Under the pieces are notes generated by a model. The model did not search any database. It worked only from the letters and a program-made list of their open reading frames with translations, and was not told the DNA's origin. DNA of 51,366 nucleotides, the filler included, from Catajapyx aquilonaris (taxonomy: Eukaryota): assembly GCA_000934665.2 (NCBI GenBank). It is 2 parts of 2 records of this genome, joined end to end, with 100 filler letters (N's around TTAATTAATTAA, not from the genome) between each part and the next. Parts side by side here need not be neighbours in the genome. Positions count along the whole stretch, not along the records: positions 1 to 25,730 come from JYFJ02005347.1; positions 25,831 to 51,366 come from JYFJ02005348.1. One strand, 5' to 3'. The translations under genes were made by a program, and so were the position numbers. Numbering within the stretch: the stretch's first letter is position 1; each line of letters starts with the position of its first letter. This document shows, piece by piece, positions 23,201 to 36,203 of this stretch.

Positions 23201-25392
23201 TCAAGGGAAACATCGACGACCAAATTCAAGTCAGCTCGCTTTCCATGGCTGACTTGAATTAATAGCATCAATAGTTTCCACTCTCCTGCTTTTTATTTAC
23301 CTACATTATGGAAAATGGTGTGTGCTATGTCATAGTCACACACCATCAGTCAGACAATAAGCAACAATAACTACCACATTTTTACGCTTACAGTTACAGT
23401 AAATAATAATCTGCTTGAAAATAGAGTACAGTTGCAATTTTTTATGGGGGCATGCTTGACAAATTGCAAATGCGATCAAACTTTGTTTGGTGACGCATAT
23501 GCAACAAACACCGTGGAAATTGCAATGTGTCTGGAGGAGACTAATGTGGACAGTAAAGTGTGCTCAAATGTACTCAAAGAGTTCTCTCGTATATATTATA
23601 GGGAGCTAATCCTGAAACACATCCTGAAACTGAGATCAGACGTGGACCATGGCACAAATACTTACCAATAACCGTAGCTAACGTCCTAATAACACGGGTA
23701 CCACTGCAACTATTTTCTAGAACTAAGCTCGTGTATCTTTTAGTTAGAGGTGCTCAAAAGAAGCATCTTACCAATCTCCAGCCCCAGCACAGTTTAGGTA
23801 CGTGGCAACGACACTTACACTTATTGAACATACGCAGTGAGCAGTGATACAAAAACCGACTTCTTTTCTTTCAGAAAATTCACGCAAGCCGGCGGTGAAG
23901 AAGAAGTGTTAGGCCTGATGTACCCTTTCGACGCAATGGAATTAATGTGAATCACCTAAGCCAATCTACGTACGCAATATTTGAGTACATTTGTGGTCTT
24001 TTACGTGACATGCCTGATATTATTATAATATTACTATTTAAATTCATGGACAATATAAAAATCTTTCAGAATTACAACAGAAGAAACTGAACTATCTGCA
24101 CTAGTACTGCGATGTCGCCTTTCGCTTCTGATGGCCCTTCACACCATTCGGTTTTCGCAAGTTTAATATGGCATCAGAAAACAATAAAATATAGACAATA
24201 GGTGTAATTTTTATTTTTGTATCATTGGTAGTAATGTGAACCAATATTAATTTTCGATTCTCATTACTCGCAACAGCAGATATAATGAACTGATGACCTA
24301 TGAGGCAGCGAATCCCATGAAAGTAACTGTCAATTAACACAGAATCTATAGCCTTTCTGTGGCCATTTGTAAAGAGAAACGTTTTCTTAGTTCATAGACA
24401 GCAACAACCCACTTCTAAGACCGCCAACACCGAGTGCATCATCAACCCACAGAAGATGACAACGAAACAGTAAGTGGTTTTCGCAACAACTTCAAACAAG
24501 TTGTTTCCATGACCAGTCACCAAGTCGCATGATCTCATCCAAAACAAGTGCCTTTGGACACATCTATTGCTTGGACACCTTCCTTGGTCCACCGTCGCTG
24601 ATTCATCAGATATTTCCACTCAGAAACCATAGAAGTTTTACGCCCAGGACATTAATGTAGTTGTAACTAAATTAAACGAGCGGAGGCCTCTCCTTCTTTT
24701 TGAAGGGGCACATGCTGGAACACAGACGGATATAGCGACATGTCATCTCAGCATCATTACGCTGGTTCAGCATGATCTTGACAGGCCTACTATAGTAGCA
24801 TGATAAATTCCACTAGAACAACACAAGAACGACAAAAGTTGAGTGGAACAATTTTAAAGGCCTACTACTACGTGTGTTGACAGCATCGATTTCCACTGTC
24901 CAGTACATACTTTATTTTTGATTACATTAAGGGTGGACATAGTCCTAGTCATATAATGTCATATTCACACACCCTCGCCATTGCAACGCCACTTATTCCA
25001 TTACGTAAAGCATCTGTGGCAATCAACGTGGCAAACTATTGTACGCATCAGCACTGTCTGTTGGCCTAAAATCCAAGCGTTTGAAGTGACCTATACAAAT
25101 AACTTATGCACCATCGACATGTCTCATCCACTGCAGGCATGTCCGCACGTTCCTTCGACAGCAGGACGGGTCTGGCTTGTGATTAGGAAGACTATCCTCC
25201 AGGGAGATGAACTCCAGAACATGGGAGAGAGCAGCGACGCCGAAGACATTCCCTTATATAATATCCTTGAAAGACGAAGAGAAGTCATCGTCCGAAAAGG
25301 AGAAGAAGGATGACGTGGACAAGAAAGAGAAGTCCTTTCTGCATGCTATGCGCAGGAAGTGAGATAGGGTCGGTTGTAACACCTTTTAGTCA
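20229..25392. repeat. Diverged local duplication (20229-~21960 vs ~23534-25392, with partial third copies at ~22070-22600 and ~22880-23060)
   Basis: Long collinear matches, e.g. CTTACCAATCTCCAGCCCCAGCACAGT, GTACCCTTTCGACGCAATGGAATTAAT and CATCGTCCGAAAAGGAGAAGAAGGATGACGTGGACAAG. Confidence 0.9.
21321..21545. mobile_element. One end of a CACTA/EnSpm-like element
   Basis: Starts CACTCT where the duplicate copy (~24966) diverges, with dense CACTC/GAGTG subterminal repeats. The other end is missing. Confidence 0.6.
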
Positions 25393-25730
25393 ACTCGTGT
25401 CTGATCCAATACATACAAGCCCATCTCGTTAACAAATATTAAGCCAAATCAAGTTATTTTGCATTTTCCTCAATAACAGCAGAATCATTATTGTGGTAAT
25501 GTTAAGTAGCAAGTACTTCAGACCATACTCGACATCATAAAACGACACAGCGTCAGTTCATTAATTATGTGGCGAATAGCGAGATTTTTAAAAAGCCATT
25601 ATACGTTGAAGAGCCTTTAAACAACGGTGGTCGAAGCGTAGCTGCTGCTAGAAGGGGAAGCAGCTGGACGGAGGTGCTCCAAGAAAAGATTGGATTAGGA
25701 GTGGATGATGGCAGGAGACAAGGGTGAAAG

Positions 25731-25830
25731 NNNNNNNNNNNNNNNNNNNNNNNNNNNNNNNNNNNNNNNNNNNNTTAATTAATTAANNNNNNNNNNNNNN
25801 NNNNNNNNNNNNNNNNNNNNNNNNNNNNNN
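25731..25830. other. Assembly linker N44-TTAATTAATTAA-N44 (artefact)
   Basis: A symmetric 100-nt N spacer with an all-frame stop core. Confidence 0.95.
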
Positions 25831-25920
25831 TTAAAAAAATAAAATAAATAAAATAAACACACATTTTGTTCAGTTAACGTTGGGGGTGGGGTGGCCTTGC
25901 CTCCCCTCCCCTCCAACGTC

Positions 25921-25986
25921 ACAGGTGCTTGGCGCAGTATAGCCATTGCTGCTGTTGCGCCATTAAACCATTAATCAATCAATCAA
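25921..25986 (+). mobile_element. Retroposon 3' tail (stem-loop plus (ATCA)n)
   Basis: GGCGCAGTATAGCCATTGCTGCTGTTGCGCC hairpin followed by ATTAAACCATTAATCAATCAATCAA. Confidence 0.55.
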
Positions 25987-26274
25987 CCTTGCCCCAAGTG
26001 ACAAGAACCCAGTTCCAACTCCAAGTAACTCCGAACGTCTTCCCAGTCTGTGAATCATTATTGCAGTTTGTAAGACGAAGATTCGCCCGGAGGAGATAGC
26101 CAGACATAGTTCGGACAAGTCACCTAGTAATATTAGTATATTGAATGTTTGTGCGAATTACAAATAAGGAAACTGTTTCTCGGTTTAACATTCTCTTGTC
26201 GTCCAGCGTAAGGACAGTACCTCCAGAACATAGCTCTCACCAGAAAGCCCACCATCAGTGGACGTGATTGAGTT

Positions 26275-26810
26275 TGATGTTCCCAGTTGATAATGTCATT
26301 TTGTGTGATCCACGTACAAACTAGACTTCCAACAGAGCATGTATAATGTGTCGTCATAGGTTGTAGAATGACCTTTGGTGCGATTGAATGTCGTCTTCTG
26401 GTGGTTTAGCCCTGTCACTTCCTGACAAGACGTCTTGATTCCGCTTCCGGTGTCTCAGCCTCACAAATTTTCTCGCCATTTTGTATCTCACATCTAGACT
26501 TGTCTATTAAAGTAAACGTAGCAAGGAAACACTTCGAAGCCCGTCTGTGTCCTGTAGATGGCATCCATCTTCCAACGTCGCAACTGATTTCTCATCTGGA
26601 CTAATATTTTCTGTTGAGCCAGTTCTTCTCTAAGGGCTTCCAGTTTCTGATAACTAAACTATATTGTAATTGGGCCAAGGGTGATATGCAAAGTAGTTCC
26701 ATTTCTCTCTCCCCCAATCCCGAAAGTTATTTCTTTGGGTAGGAGGTAGACTAAATATCACACCTGTCTTTTACGGACTACTTGTTACGAAGGGTACCTG
26801 AGTCTCACCT
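26275..26810. repeat. Dispersed duplicate of ~32595-32745 plus ~33455-33833
   Basis: Shared blocks such as GATGTTCCCAGTTGATAATGTCATTTTGT and TTTCTCTCTCCCCCAATCCCGAAAGTTATTTCTTTGGGTAGGAGGTAGAC. Confidence 0.85.
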
Positions 26811-28489
26811 TTCGCACCATAAAAATGAGTGGCACATTATCCTCTCAAATATTGTATCATATGGTCTCGATATAGTATGGGTCTTGACAAACTCTCCCTC
26901 AACTCAGATGCTGTAAAATTGGGGACACTTAATTTTATGAAAATGGAATTGATTTGTTGTAAGAGTAATCAATCACATGTCACGATATGAATGTAGGGTT
27001 TATAAGACTCTAGCTGTACAGATACTGCATCGTATTTCATAGATATGGATAACTGTTGTTGTACCAAATGTTTTCTACCATGTACTGTACTACAACTCTG
27101 TCTTGTAATTAGACGCTGCTGTAGTTGTACACTATTTGGAAATATTGTGATAACCATGTTGTTAAGCATCAAACAGTAAATATTTCTGTTGTTCTGCAAC
27201 CCTGTACATGGAAGTCGAATTTTACAATCAGAAATACTTGATCATTTATTATGCATTTCTGAATGGATTGCTGTGGACCCAGCCGAGCATCAGCAATCAG
27301 GGTATTGTTTACCCTTACAGCCAAACTTTCCACAGAATTACGACTCCTGACTTCAATAGTTCCGGCATATTTTCCCACTTGATTAGGCGGTATCAGTACC
27401 TGCAAGTTATGGCACTATTTAGAGTATAATGAATAGTGAATACAGGAATGATATGGGAAGGGTCCTTGACAGTTATGAAAAGGCAATCATCTTGCATGCA
27501 ACCTATTGGTTCCTTGTCTGGGAAAACTGTACAACATGTGAAACCACATGACACATGACTGTATTTTCCTCCCCTCCATTTTTCACCTCCCCTTCCACCA
27601 CATGATAATTCTTGGACACCCATAGGGATGTGTGTAGTTGAGGTAATAGCTGATACGTCACTGTTACCAGGTCTCTGCTATTATGGAGCAGAAAATAACG
27701 TCGTTAACTATTGAAACAATACAACAACTTTCGGAAAAACACGCCCTATATTGGGCCATTTAGTTTGGCTGCCCCCCCCCCCNCCCCCCATCACTGCAAT
27801 GTACATCCAATATTACGCTCTGTAGGTACTGCATGCATTATTCACACTCAGGTGTAGTACGTATGTCCTTTCCCAGTATTGTATCATCGTTCCAACGGAG
27901 GCACCGGTGGCACCGGCATGGGTCCAAATTGGACCATTCCCCCACTGGCCTGCGCAAGTACAAGAAAGTACAAATTTAGTATGCGTTGCAGATGCAAGTC
28001 CGAGTGATGACCTGACCCTCTGCTGGGCTGGCTGACTTGAGCAGGCCCTGACGCGGTCTGTTTCGCATCGATGACGAGTGTTTCAAGTTTTCCTGCAAAG
28101 AGAGAACATTATAGCACCATGTCTAATGCGCGAGATGCCTCTCCCTCTCTTGAGAATTTGCAATGAATTTCCGATTGCAAGATGTGAATAATATAGAATC
28201 AATTTTGAAAACCTTTTCGGCCACCAATGAAAATTCACCAAGCTTCTATTGCTTGCAAGAAATGTGAAGAGTGGCGTGAGGTCCTTCGGTGGTGGACAAC
28301 TCGGTAGACTTGAAAGGAGAAGTATCCAGTCCGTAGACCATATCCCATCAGCATGCAACCTATTGACCACCAGCCGTCATTTTCGGACAAAGGACCACCT
28401 TAACTAAAGGGAGAGAGTATTAAATAGAGAAGAATATTACGAAAATTAGTAGTTATGTGGTATTGGTAGACGACACTTACCGATATAAA

Positions 28490-29050
28490 CTTCGGGGCCT
28501 TTGACAGCTGGCACATGCACTTCCTGACCCCTTGCCCCGGCGAGAACGCAGCCACTGCCTCCCTGACTGACAAAGTCTTATCCGCCGTCTTATCTACCGT
28601 CCGAAAGTGGTTATGTGCAGGACCAAACATGGCGGCGGCCGCCTCCTCCTTTTCCCGCTGGGCCATACCCTCCTCGATAGAGATGTGATGACGCCTCCAA
28701 CCCTGCCATCTGACGGGGGAAGACGCAACCACAGCCAACTGCGCAGAACGTTCTGTCGGGATGGCCTCTTCTCTGCCTGCCCCTGGGCCGCCCCCGGACT
28801 TGGACGGACCCCTGGGCCGCCCCTGGCCCCTTCAGCACACCACCTGTGGATGGGACCCGCCCCTGGACTTTGCTTCACGATTGACTATAATAATCTTGGG
28901 TCGACAACATCCCTCCAGAAGCTGGTTAGTCCTCTTTTCCGCTTGCAATGCTCTTTTTCCAAACCTGTCATTGAACACACATTATCGTCAGTCAAGGAAT
29001 CATCATCAAATTGGATACAGGAGGATGTTGAAAGCAACAGTCCTGGTGTA
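28490..29050 (-). pseudogene. Possible C-terminal relic of a Ginger2/KRBA2/SCAND3-like integrase-transposase
   Basis: RDVVDPRLL ... KTLSVREAVAAFSPGQGVRKCMC resembles the DR.K.DPRN ... SLREA...GQG..KC.C signature. Frameshifted. Confidence 0.45.
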
Positions 29051-31388
29051 TCCAGAGAGTGCTTCAAAGAGACAAGAAGCTTCATCCACAAACAGTTCTG
29101 TCTGGTCAACTTCCACATCCCCATCAAAGGTCACTCCAGCCTTCAACATGCCATCCTATCTAACATGCGATGCGCATAGGTGGCAACCAATGTGCCATCC
29201 TACAGTACACGTCTATCTGGGTGGCCGCCGTCATCACCTTTGAGGCCACCCCAGAATTGTTAATAAAAAAAAGAAAGCCCACAAACCATGCACTCATTAG
29301 GCCTGACCTTTGCTTCAGGTACAGGTATAATAAGCACAGTACTGGTATGTAGAGCAGAAAGGGAGCAAATTACTCTATAAAATAATGAAAAGCAGCAAAA
29401 GGAGAAACTACAGTGAATTCCAATACTCTTGTTTACTATGTTCTGTGAAATGCGAGACACCCACCATGTTCCTGTGCGGAAGTAAAGATCATTCTGTGCA
29501 CCACCAAGATCACTCGGACCAGCAGTAGCATAAGATTTTGCAATAATAATATATGTTACAAGATCCGGAGATGTTGCTGGAAAGTTGAAGTATGCCTTCT
29601 TTTTAGGTTGGGACTGATGGAATGGTCGAAGTTGAACATATTTTGGATGACCCCTGTCCTCCCTCCTTATCGCAACTTATACTGTAGCCTACAATATGAG
29701 GTTTTATCCCTACTTTTGGCTTACCCAAGCCATTATTGTTCTGGGCTTGGTAATAGGCTGAAAATTGATATTCGATGATCTGCAAGTATCTACAACGCAT
29801 AAGGGCGTTCTCAAAGAAGGGTGCTGTCGTCTTTGAATGTATTGAAATAAGCCTTTTGCTGGGACATATCTATAGTGAAGCCGTATTCTCTTAATGTGGC
29901 CCTCAGTTGTAGCAGAATGTTGAATTTCTAATACCTATCATCTGAAACTTATGTTGAGCATCCACTACGGCCATCAACACAATGGTGTGAGTATGCTGTA
30001 CAAATGAAGTCGCAGTTTGACAGGAATTATTCTAATGCTGTATCGATATTCCCTATACCTTGTAATTGCGAAAATATAAGTGGCGATTTTTGGGTTACTG
30101 GATGATGACGTGTTTCCTGTCTCTTCGATGCAGCACAGGGGAAACCGACACCTATCAGAAAAATCTGGTGCCACTTTGCTGAAATCCTCAGCAGTAGGAT
30201 CCTGCGCCAAAGTTTAAGTTGAAAGTAATAAATAATGGCAAGGCATGTAATGGAGTGGATAGCTACTCCTCCTCCCTATAGAAATGCATTTAGGTATTGT
30301 GTTTCTCCAGCAGCAATTTATGGACTTTCTGAGTAGCTTAACTAGCTTAAGGTCATCTTGTTCTACTTTCGGTTCATATCTTCGTTGGTTCCCTCCTCCT
30401 GTTCTTCTGCCCTTCGCAATAGGAGTCACGGCTTCCTTGGATAGCAATTTCTTCTCGTCCGTCTGTGTCATTACACACAGCTCCGAAGCGACAGCAGTCC
30501 GGCTCAAGCATCATGTGGGTCATGACGGCTACTCTAGGTGGACTAAATGTGTGATGGAAATTTGTTATTTCTTGTACTATTTCGACGCAGTAATATTATT
30601 TTTGTCTCAATTATAGGAGTCCACCAATATGGAGACTAATTTGCATAGAAGCCATATGCAAAATCGTCTCCCATCTTTTTGAGTAATATGATACATTCAA
30701 ATAGCTACAGAAGTCGAGCATACCTTGCACATGTGGTATTACCGGAGTTTTTTCTGGCGCGGGTTCCATTGATCGTCTATGTACTCCTTTTCTAATGATA
30801 AGATTGATATGTTTTCGCACAAGTTGGCCCGGTTCGCATTTTATGTTCATACTCCTGGTTGGATGGGGTTGACATGTTCAGTGTAGTTCTCCAGGTTGTT
30901 GAAGTGTAACAATAACTGAAGGGAATGAATGCCACACGCTGTCATTTACATTAGTCTTGCATTGTAAAGATGATAACAAAAAATCATGCCACGGTGTTAT
31001 CACGTTACTCGAGTGCCAGCTTTATTAGGTTGGATTGCTAAGGTACGGTGGAACTGCAGCTTCGAAGCAAGGAATTTGGCAGTTTCTACAATACAATGGC
31101 GTGAATCTCGCAGCCAAAGACCTCCGTACAAAAATACCATTGATACAGTTATAATTACCGTAACAATAATTGTCATCATTATTAGAGGCAAATTAATTAC
31201 GTCCCCATTTTATCCCATCCCCATTATTATTTTATTATTTGCCTATTAGTGAATGAATGTGCAGTAATAAAGTTTAGATTAATTACTGTCCCACTTCTTC
31301 TGACTCTCGGACGATCTTGGACTAGGCAGCCTTGTGATGGTCGCCAGAAGTAATCAAGAGGATGAACATTTTCGCAAATGGTAATAGT

Positions 31389-31658
31389 AATAATAATAAT
31401 AATGGATACCCCGTGATAGGCCCCTTGGACCTCTTAGGGGATCATCTTTTGAATATCCGACTTTAATCATTTGCCTGTAATGTGATGGATTTTGATAGTG
31501 GGAGGAAACGGGAGAACCCCGAGAAAACCCACGCGAACACGGAGAGAACCCATCGAAACTCTATCCACATAAGTATCCTCCGTCCGACCCGGGGATCGAA
31601 CTCGTGACCTTAGAGGTGGAAGGCTGCGGCGCTAACCTCTCGGCCACCGTGTCGCCCT
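31389..31658 (-). mobile_element. tRNA-derived SINE with V/Meta-like central domain
   Basis: A box GGTGGCCGAGAGG, B box GAGTTCGATCCC, core GTGGGTTTTCTCGGGGTTCTCCCGTTTCCTCCCAC and a (TTA)n tail. TSD AAATG(G/A)TAATAGT at 31376-31388 and 31659-31671. Confidence 0.9.
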
Positions 31659-34600
31659 AAATGATAATAGTCCATAATATTCGACAGACATTTGCAGCAC
31701 TGAAACATTTGCCTTAGTAATTATCTTCACAACCATGCTGCTGTTATGGCTGTCATCTAAAGTGTAAAATACGCAATAGTACTCGAGTAGTTCGTGCTTC
31801 AAAGTGCATAATACTCATGAATTGGCGTATGTTAAGGTTCTGGGCCATAATACCTAACACCAAAATAAATAGGACATTGTTAACTTTTGACAATTGACTC
31901 CAATAGACTTGAAACATTCGTTGGTTCTTTCCGTAGATCCTTAATGAAATAGTGGACGCCCTTGTGTGAGTATCCAACTATAATTTTACATCGTCATCTG
32001 ATGATTATCATTTCTTCGTTATTAGGTGTTCTTTAGAAGAGCTGACAGATAAGTGGAAGTCATTTGATTGGGGGGGGGGGGGNNNNNNNGTGTCCCGACC
32101 TGAATTTGGCAGATTCTGTGATTACTTGTTGACCTCATATACATTTTCAAGTAGGAGATTTATCGATGCCATGCTGTAATTCACAGCATAGAATAATTGT
32201 GCCACCATCGCCCAGGATCTCCACAGGAGCTGGTCGTGTTTAATCAAACACCAAATATGAGTGGATTGGTTAATCTTTTTACATACCTGGGGTCTTGTTT
32301 AGCTCCACCTAAAGTTGATTACACGGTCCATTTCTATATTCTAGGCGGAAGGGTTTAGTTGTAATCTTATTGGCAAGATCTTGGTGTACATGGGCTCAGT
32401 GGTGTCTCGTGTTAGTCTAATAGTCTTATTGGTTGGGTTTGAGAGGTCAGACCTTGCTGTTGTGTATGGTCTACTGGCCTAATATGCCTGTTTAAGTAGT
32501 CCCTCTTAGCTCTGATACAGTGATGACCTTGTAGGTTTGGCTGACTAGGCCACACCCAGCAGAGTTTTCATCAGTGCACGTGATTGAGTTCGATGTTCCC
32601 AGTTGATAATGTCATTTTGTATGATCCACTTACAAACTGGACTTCGAACAGACCATGTACAGTATAATGTGTCGTCATAGGTTGTGGGTCATCCTTAGGT
32701 GAGGTTGAACGTCGTCTTCTGGTGGTTTAGCCCTATCACTTCCACCTTGGTTGTCAGAACACTTAGAAGGATTAGCAAAAAGCAGGCAACTGTAGTTATA
32801 ATCATTGCTTGGTTTACTATGTGTAATGCATTGTGCCAAGTGATACTGAAACGGTTTGGAGATGGGATTTGGATAAGGGGTCAGATGTAATAGGGGGGCG
32901 TGGGAGCTCGGGGTCTTCCATTATTGTGACAATACTGCCTAATATTTTATACCTGTTGGGCCTCCGGGTAGAGATCCAGATGAACAGATCATAATTTTGT
33001 TTAATAACCAGTGACTTCCTTGCTAACTTTCCAGTCCGAGTTCTATGGAATTGCAACTTGGGGTCTGCTTATCTTCTGAAACATGCCTGATGGGTGACAG
33101 CCCAGTGATGCAATTCTTAGGAAATGTCCAAGCATGGTTTCTCCTCTTACAAAATAGTGCATCTTGAAATTCATGGCAATCACATCCCAGGCTGTGTGGC
33201 TGACCCATGTCACCAGATGGTATCGCCTTTAAAAATATGTTCACTTTGGTTTACCATGACAACCATAATTATCAGGAGGTGGTTAATTACATGTATACTG
33301 TGTATTCCTTCAGTAGAAACCAGCAGCGTTTGTATAAATCGTGTAATAATGAAACAAAGTGATAAAATATTCTGTCTGTGAAGTCGAGTTAGAAGTCAAG
33401 GTGTTGTAGGTGATTGGGACTTCTTATGATGCGACTTGTAGGCCTGCATGAGATATCCTGACAAGACATCGTGATTCGGCTTCCGGTGTACCAGTCACAA
33501 ATTTTCTTGCAATTTTGTGTCTCACATCTAGACTTGTCTATTAAATTAAGCATAGCAAGGAGCACTTAGAAGCTCCTCTGCGTCTGGAAGATTGCATCCA
33601 TTTTCCAACGTCGCAACTGATTTATCATCTGGACTAATATTTTCTGTTGAGCCAGTTCTTCTTTAAGGGCTTCCAGTTTCTGATAACTATTGTGATTGGG
33701 CTAAGGGTGATGCGCAAAATAGTTCAATTTCTCTCTCCCCCAATCCCGAAAGTTATTTCTTTGGGTAGGAGGTAGACTAAATATCACACCTGTCTTTTAC
33801 TGACTACTTGTTACGAAGGGTACCTGAGTCTCATATGAATGAGTGACAATTATAATGAACATATCAGTGTCGTAAAAAATATATATGAATACGATGGAAA
33901 TTTTAGGAATGTTGGAGGGGTGAATTGAAAATGTGTAATAGGAAAGTTTCAAATGGTTGCAGCTATTGGAGTGTATGACTCTTGGAATCTGGATCTTAAA
34001 TTATAGTAATGCTATGGTGTGCTGTTCTAATCGGACTGCATGTTCTGTTTGAGAACATGGCACAGGTGTGTAATGTGAACTTTTTTCTCTCTTCATGCTT
34101 CCTTCTCTATTCCCTAGACTTGCACGTAGCAATTTCAGCTGTCAAGTTTTGTAGCGTTTGGTTGAGTTTTCAGAATGTTATGATTGTTGGAAGATTTTGT
34201 TTAATTTCAAAGTACATGAAAAATAAACAAAAGCATTGTTTATTTGTCTTCTACAACTCCGAGATCCTTCAAATCTAACATATTCTCTTTAAATGCCATT
34301 GTGCATAGGATGTTCACCCCACTGTTATCTACACCAAACCCTAAGCCTCACCGTTTTAAGGAGCTCTAGGATAGGTTTCAGCAGCTCAGCATCAATTACT
34401 GCCCCCATGAGAGCAGCGTTTCCTTCCGTTGTGTGTCTGATCCCCCTTACCACTTATCAGCTCCATTGGATCACTAGGAAAAAAAGTTACCCCCAAAAAA
34501 CAAAAAGGTAATATAATTATGGCCACCACTGTATCTCCATAACTCAAGAGGCAGCGGGCCAAGCAGACCTGTGGCCATAGTCGTACTGGGCTGATCGTAA

Positions 34601-35202
34601 CTTCTGGCCGTACGGAATCTCCCCGCCAGCGTCTCCCCTCGGGAAGAGGAGGAATGGGTTCTCTCGCCTATCTCCATAACAGAGGCATTTAATGGTGTTA
34701 ATGACTGAGCCTTATTGTAAAGTGAAGCAGAGTCAGTATCATTAGAACTTCAATCATTCCCAAGTTCAGGATCACACTGGCTGGTAGGCCTCTCCTTATT
34801 CAGCTTTGAAAGCTCCTTATTTCTACAGCTGGCACAGATTTTAGAATTGTCAGGGATTCTTTGCACCATAATTATTACGAGTATTTAGATGGAAGAGCTC
34901 TCTTCCAGGGAAATGTGTCGCAGGAGGATAATAAATGATGATTCTCTGCTTCAGTGGCAGAGTGGATCTGCCCATTCTCTAACCCCCCAGGGTGTGGTTG
35001 AAATATATTCGCATCCTGCCGTTATACGAGATCGTCTTCCTTTCACGTCGCAGTCTCTGTATAAGGACAGGGCAGGGAATGGCCGAGAGAGTTCCGGCCG
35101 TGGCTGGTGTCCACTATACTCCAGCTCCAAGGAGGAATTCCTGCCTTTTTGTCGGTGCGTCGCGTCGTAAGAAGCATACCATGCCAATCGCATGTATTAT
35201 TC

Positions 35203-36203
35203 TGTGACGGCTGGTCAGTAAGGGGATTAATGATTGGGATTAGGGATTATGATTGGGAGTGAGGATAGGTTCGGATGCCCACCGGGTTCTCCAGTATGGA
35301 GTGGGTTGGGACACTCTTAATCAAGGCGAGTTCCTCAAGACACATTTATTGAACGACATGACATCATGGTTATAAGCATTACAGACACTGTACATAGGAC
35401 GACCACCCCTGCTTATGGCCGGACATGAGTCCAGGACTTCACTGGTTACGCGTGCTGACACTCATACTCACGGCTGCTATAGGCGCCGGCGTCTCTCGGG
35501 TTCTAGGGATATCTTGGGCCTCTTCTCCCGTGCCTCTGGACTTGTCCACGCTCGATGTTCGACTTAGCACGTTCCGACTTCCGACTTCACACGCTCGACG
35601 TTCGACTCCTCCTTCTTCTCCTCCTCCTTCTCTTCCTCCTGCGTCAGCGACCTGACAAAGTCTCCCACCAACTTGGCGATGTGGACCTTCTTACAGCCAG
35701 GTTCCCTCATCAGAGCGTCCATATCATCGATTAGCCGTGCCTGGAGGCCATCATCAGCAGGCTGATGGCTCTTCGGCGTCCCGGTCCCCTTCAAAGTAGA
35801 TCTACTTGATGTTGAAGCATAGGAATCTTCGCTCTCCTTGTACCATGCCAAACAAGGTCTGACTAAAGAATATACCAAAAGTGGTCCCCTCCAGCATCCA
35901 AGAATTTTTAAATGCGAGTCTGCATATTGCCGACGACTCCTGCAGATTGGCGGCGAGGATGGCATCCATCTCCCGCCACTGCGCCCCGTAGGGGGGTTCG
36001 GTCGTCCTATGTACAGTGGCTGTAATGCTTATAACCATGATGTCATGTCGTTCAATAAATGTGTCTTGAGGAACTCGCCTTGATTAAGAGTGTCCCAACC
36101 CACTCCATATACTGGAGAACCCGGTGGGCATCCGAACCTATCCTCACTCCCAATCATAATCCCTAATCTCAATCATTAATCCCCTTACTGACCAGCCGTC
36201 ACA
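35203..36203. mobile_element. Non-autonomous Ginger-type element with ~202-bp TIRs
   Basis: TGT...ACA termini. TIRs at 35203-35404 and 36000-36203 (2 substitutions, one 2-bp indel seen). 4-bp TSD ATTC at 35199-35202 and 36204-36207. Confidence 0.85.

Noticed and set aside
25731..25830. Biological TTAATTAATTAA motif
   Set aside because: Symmetric N-padded assembly linker; adjacency across it is unproven.
26950..27620. Gypsy pol relics (also ~32250-33300 and ~44600-45060)
   Set aside because: Suggestive composition but no diagnostic protease, RT or integrase motif could be read.
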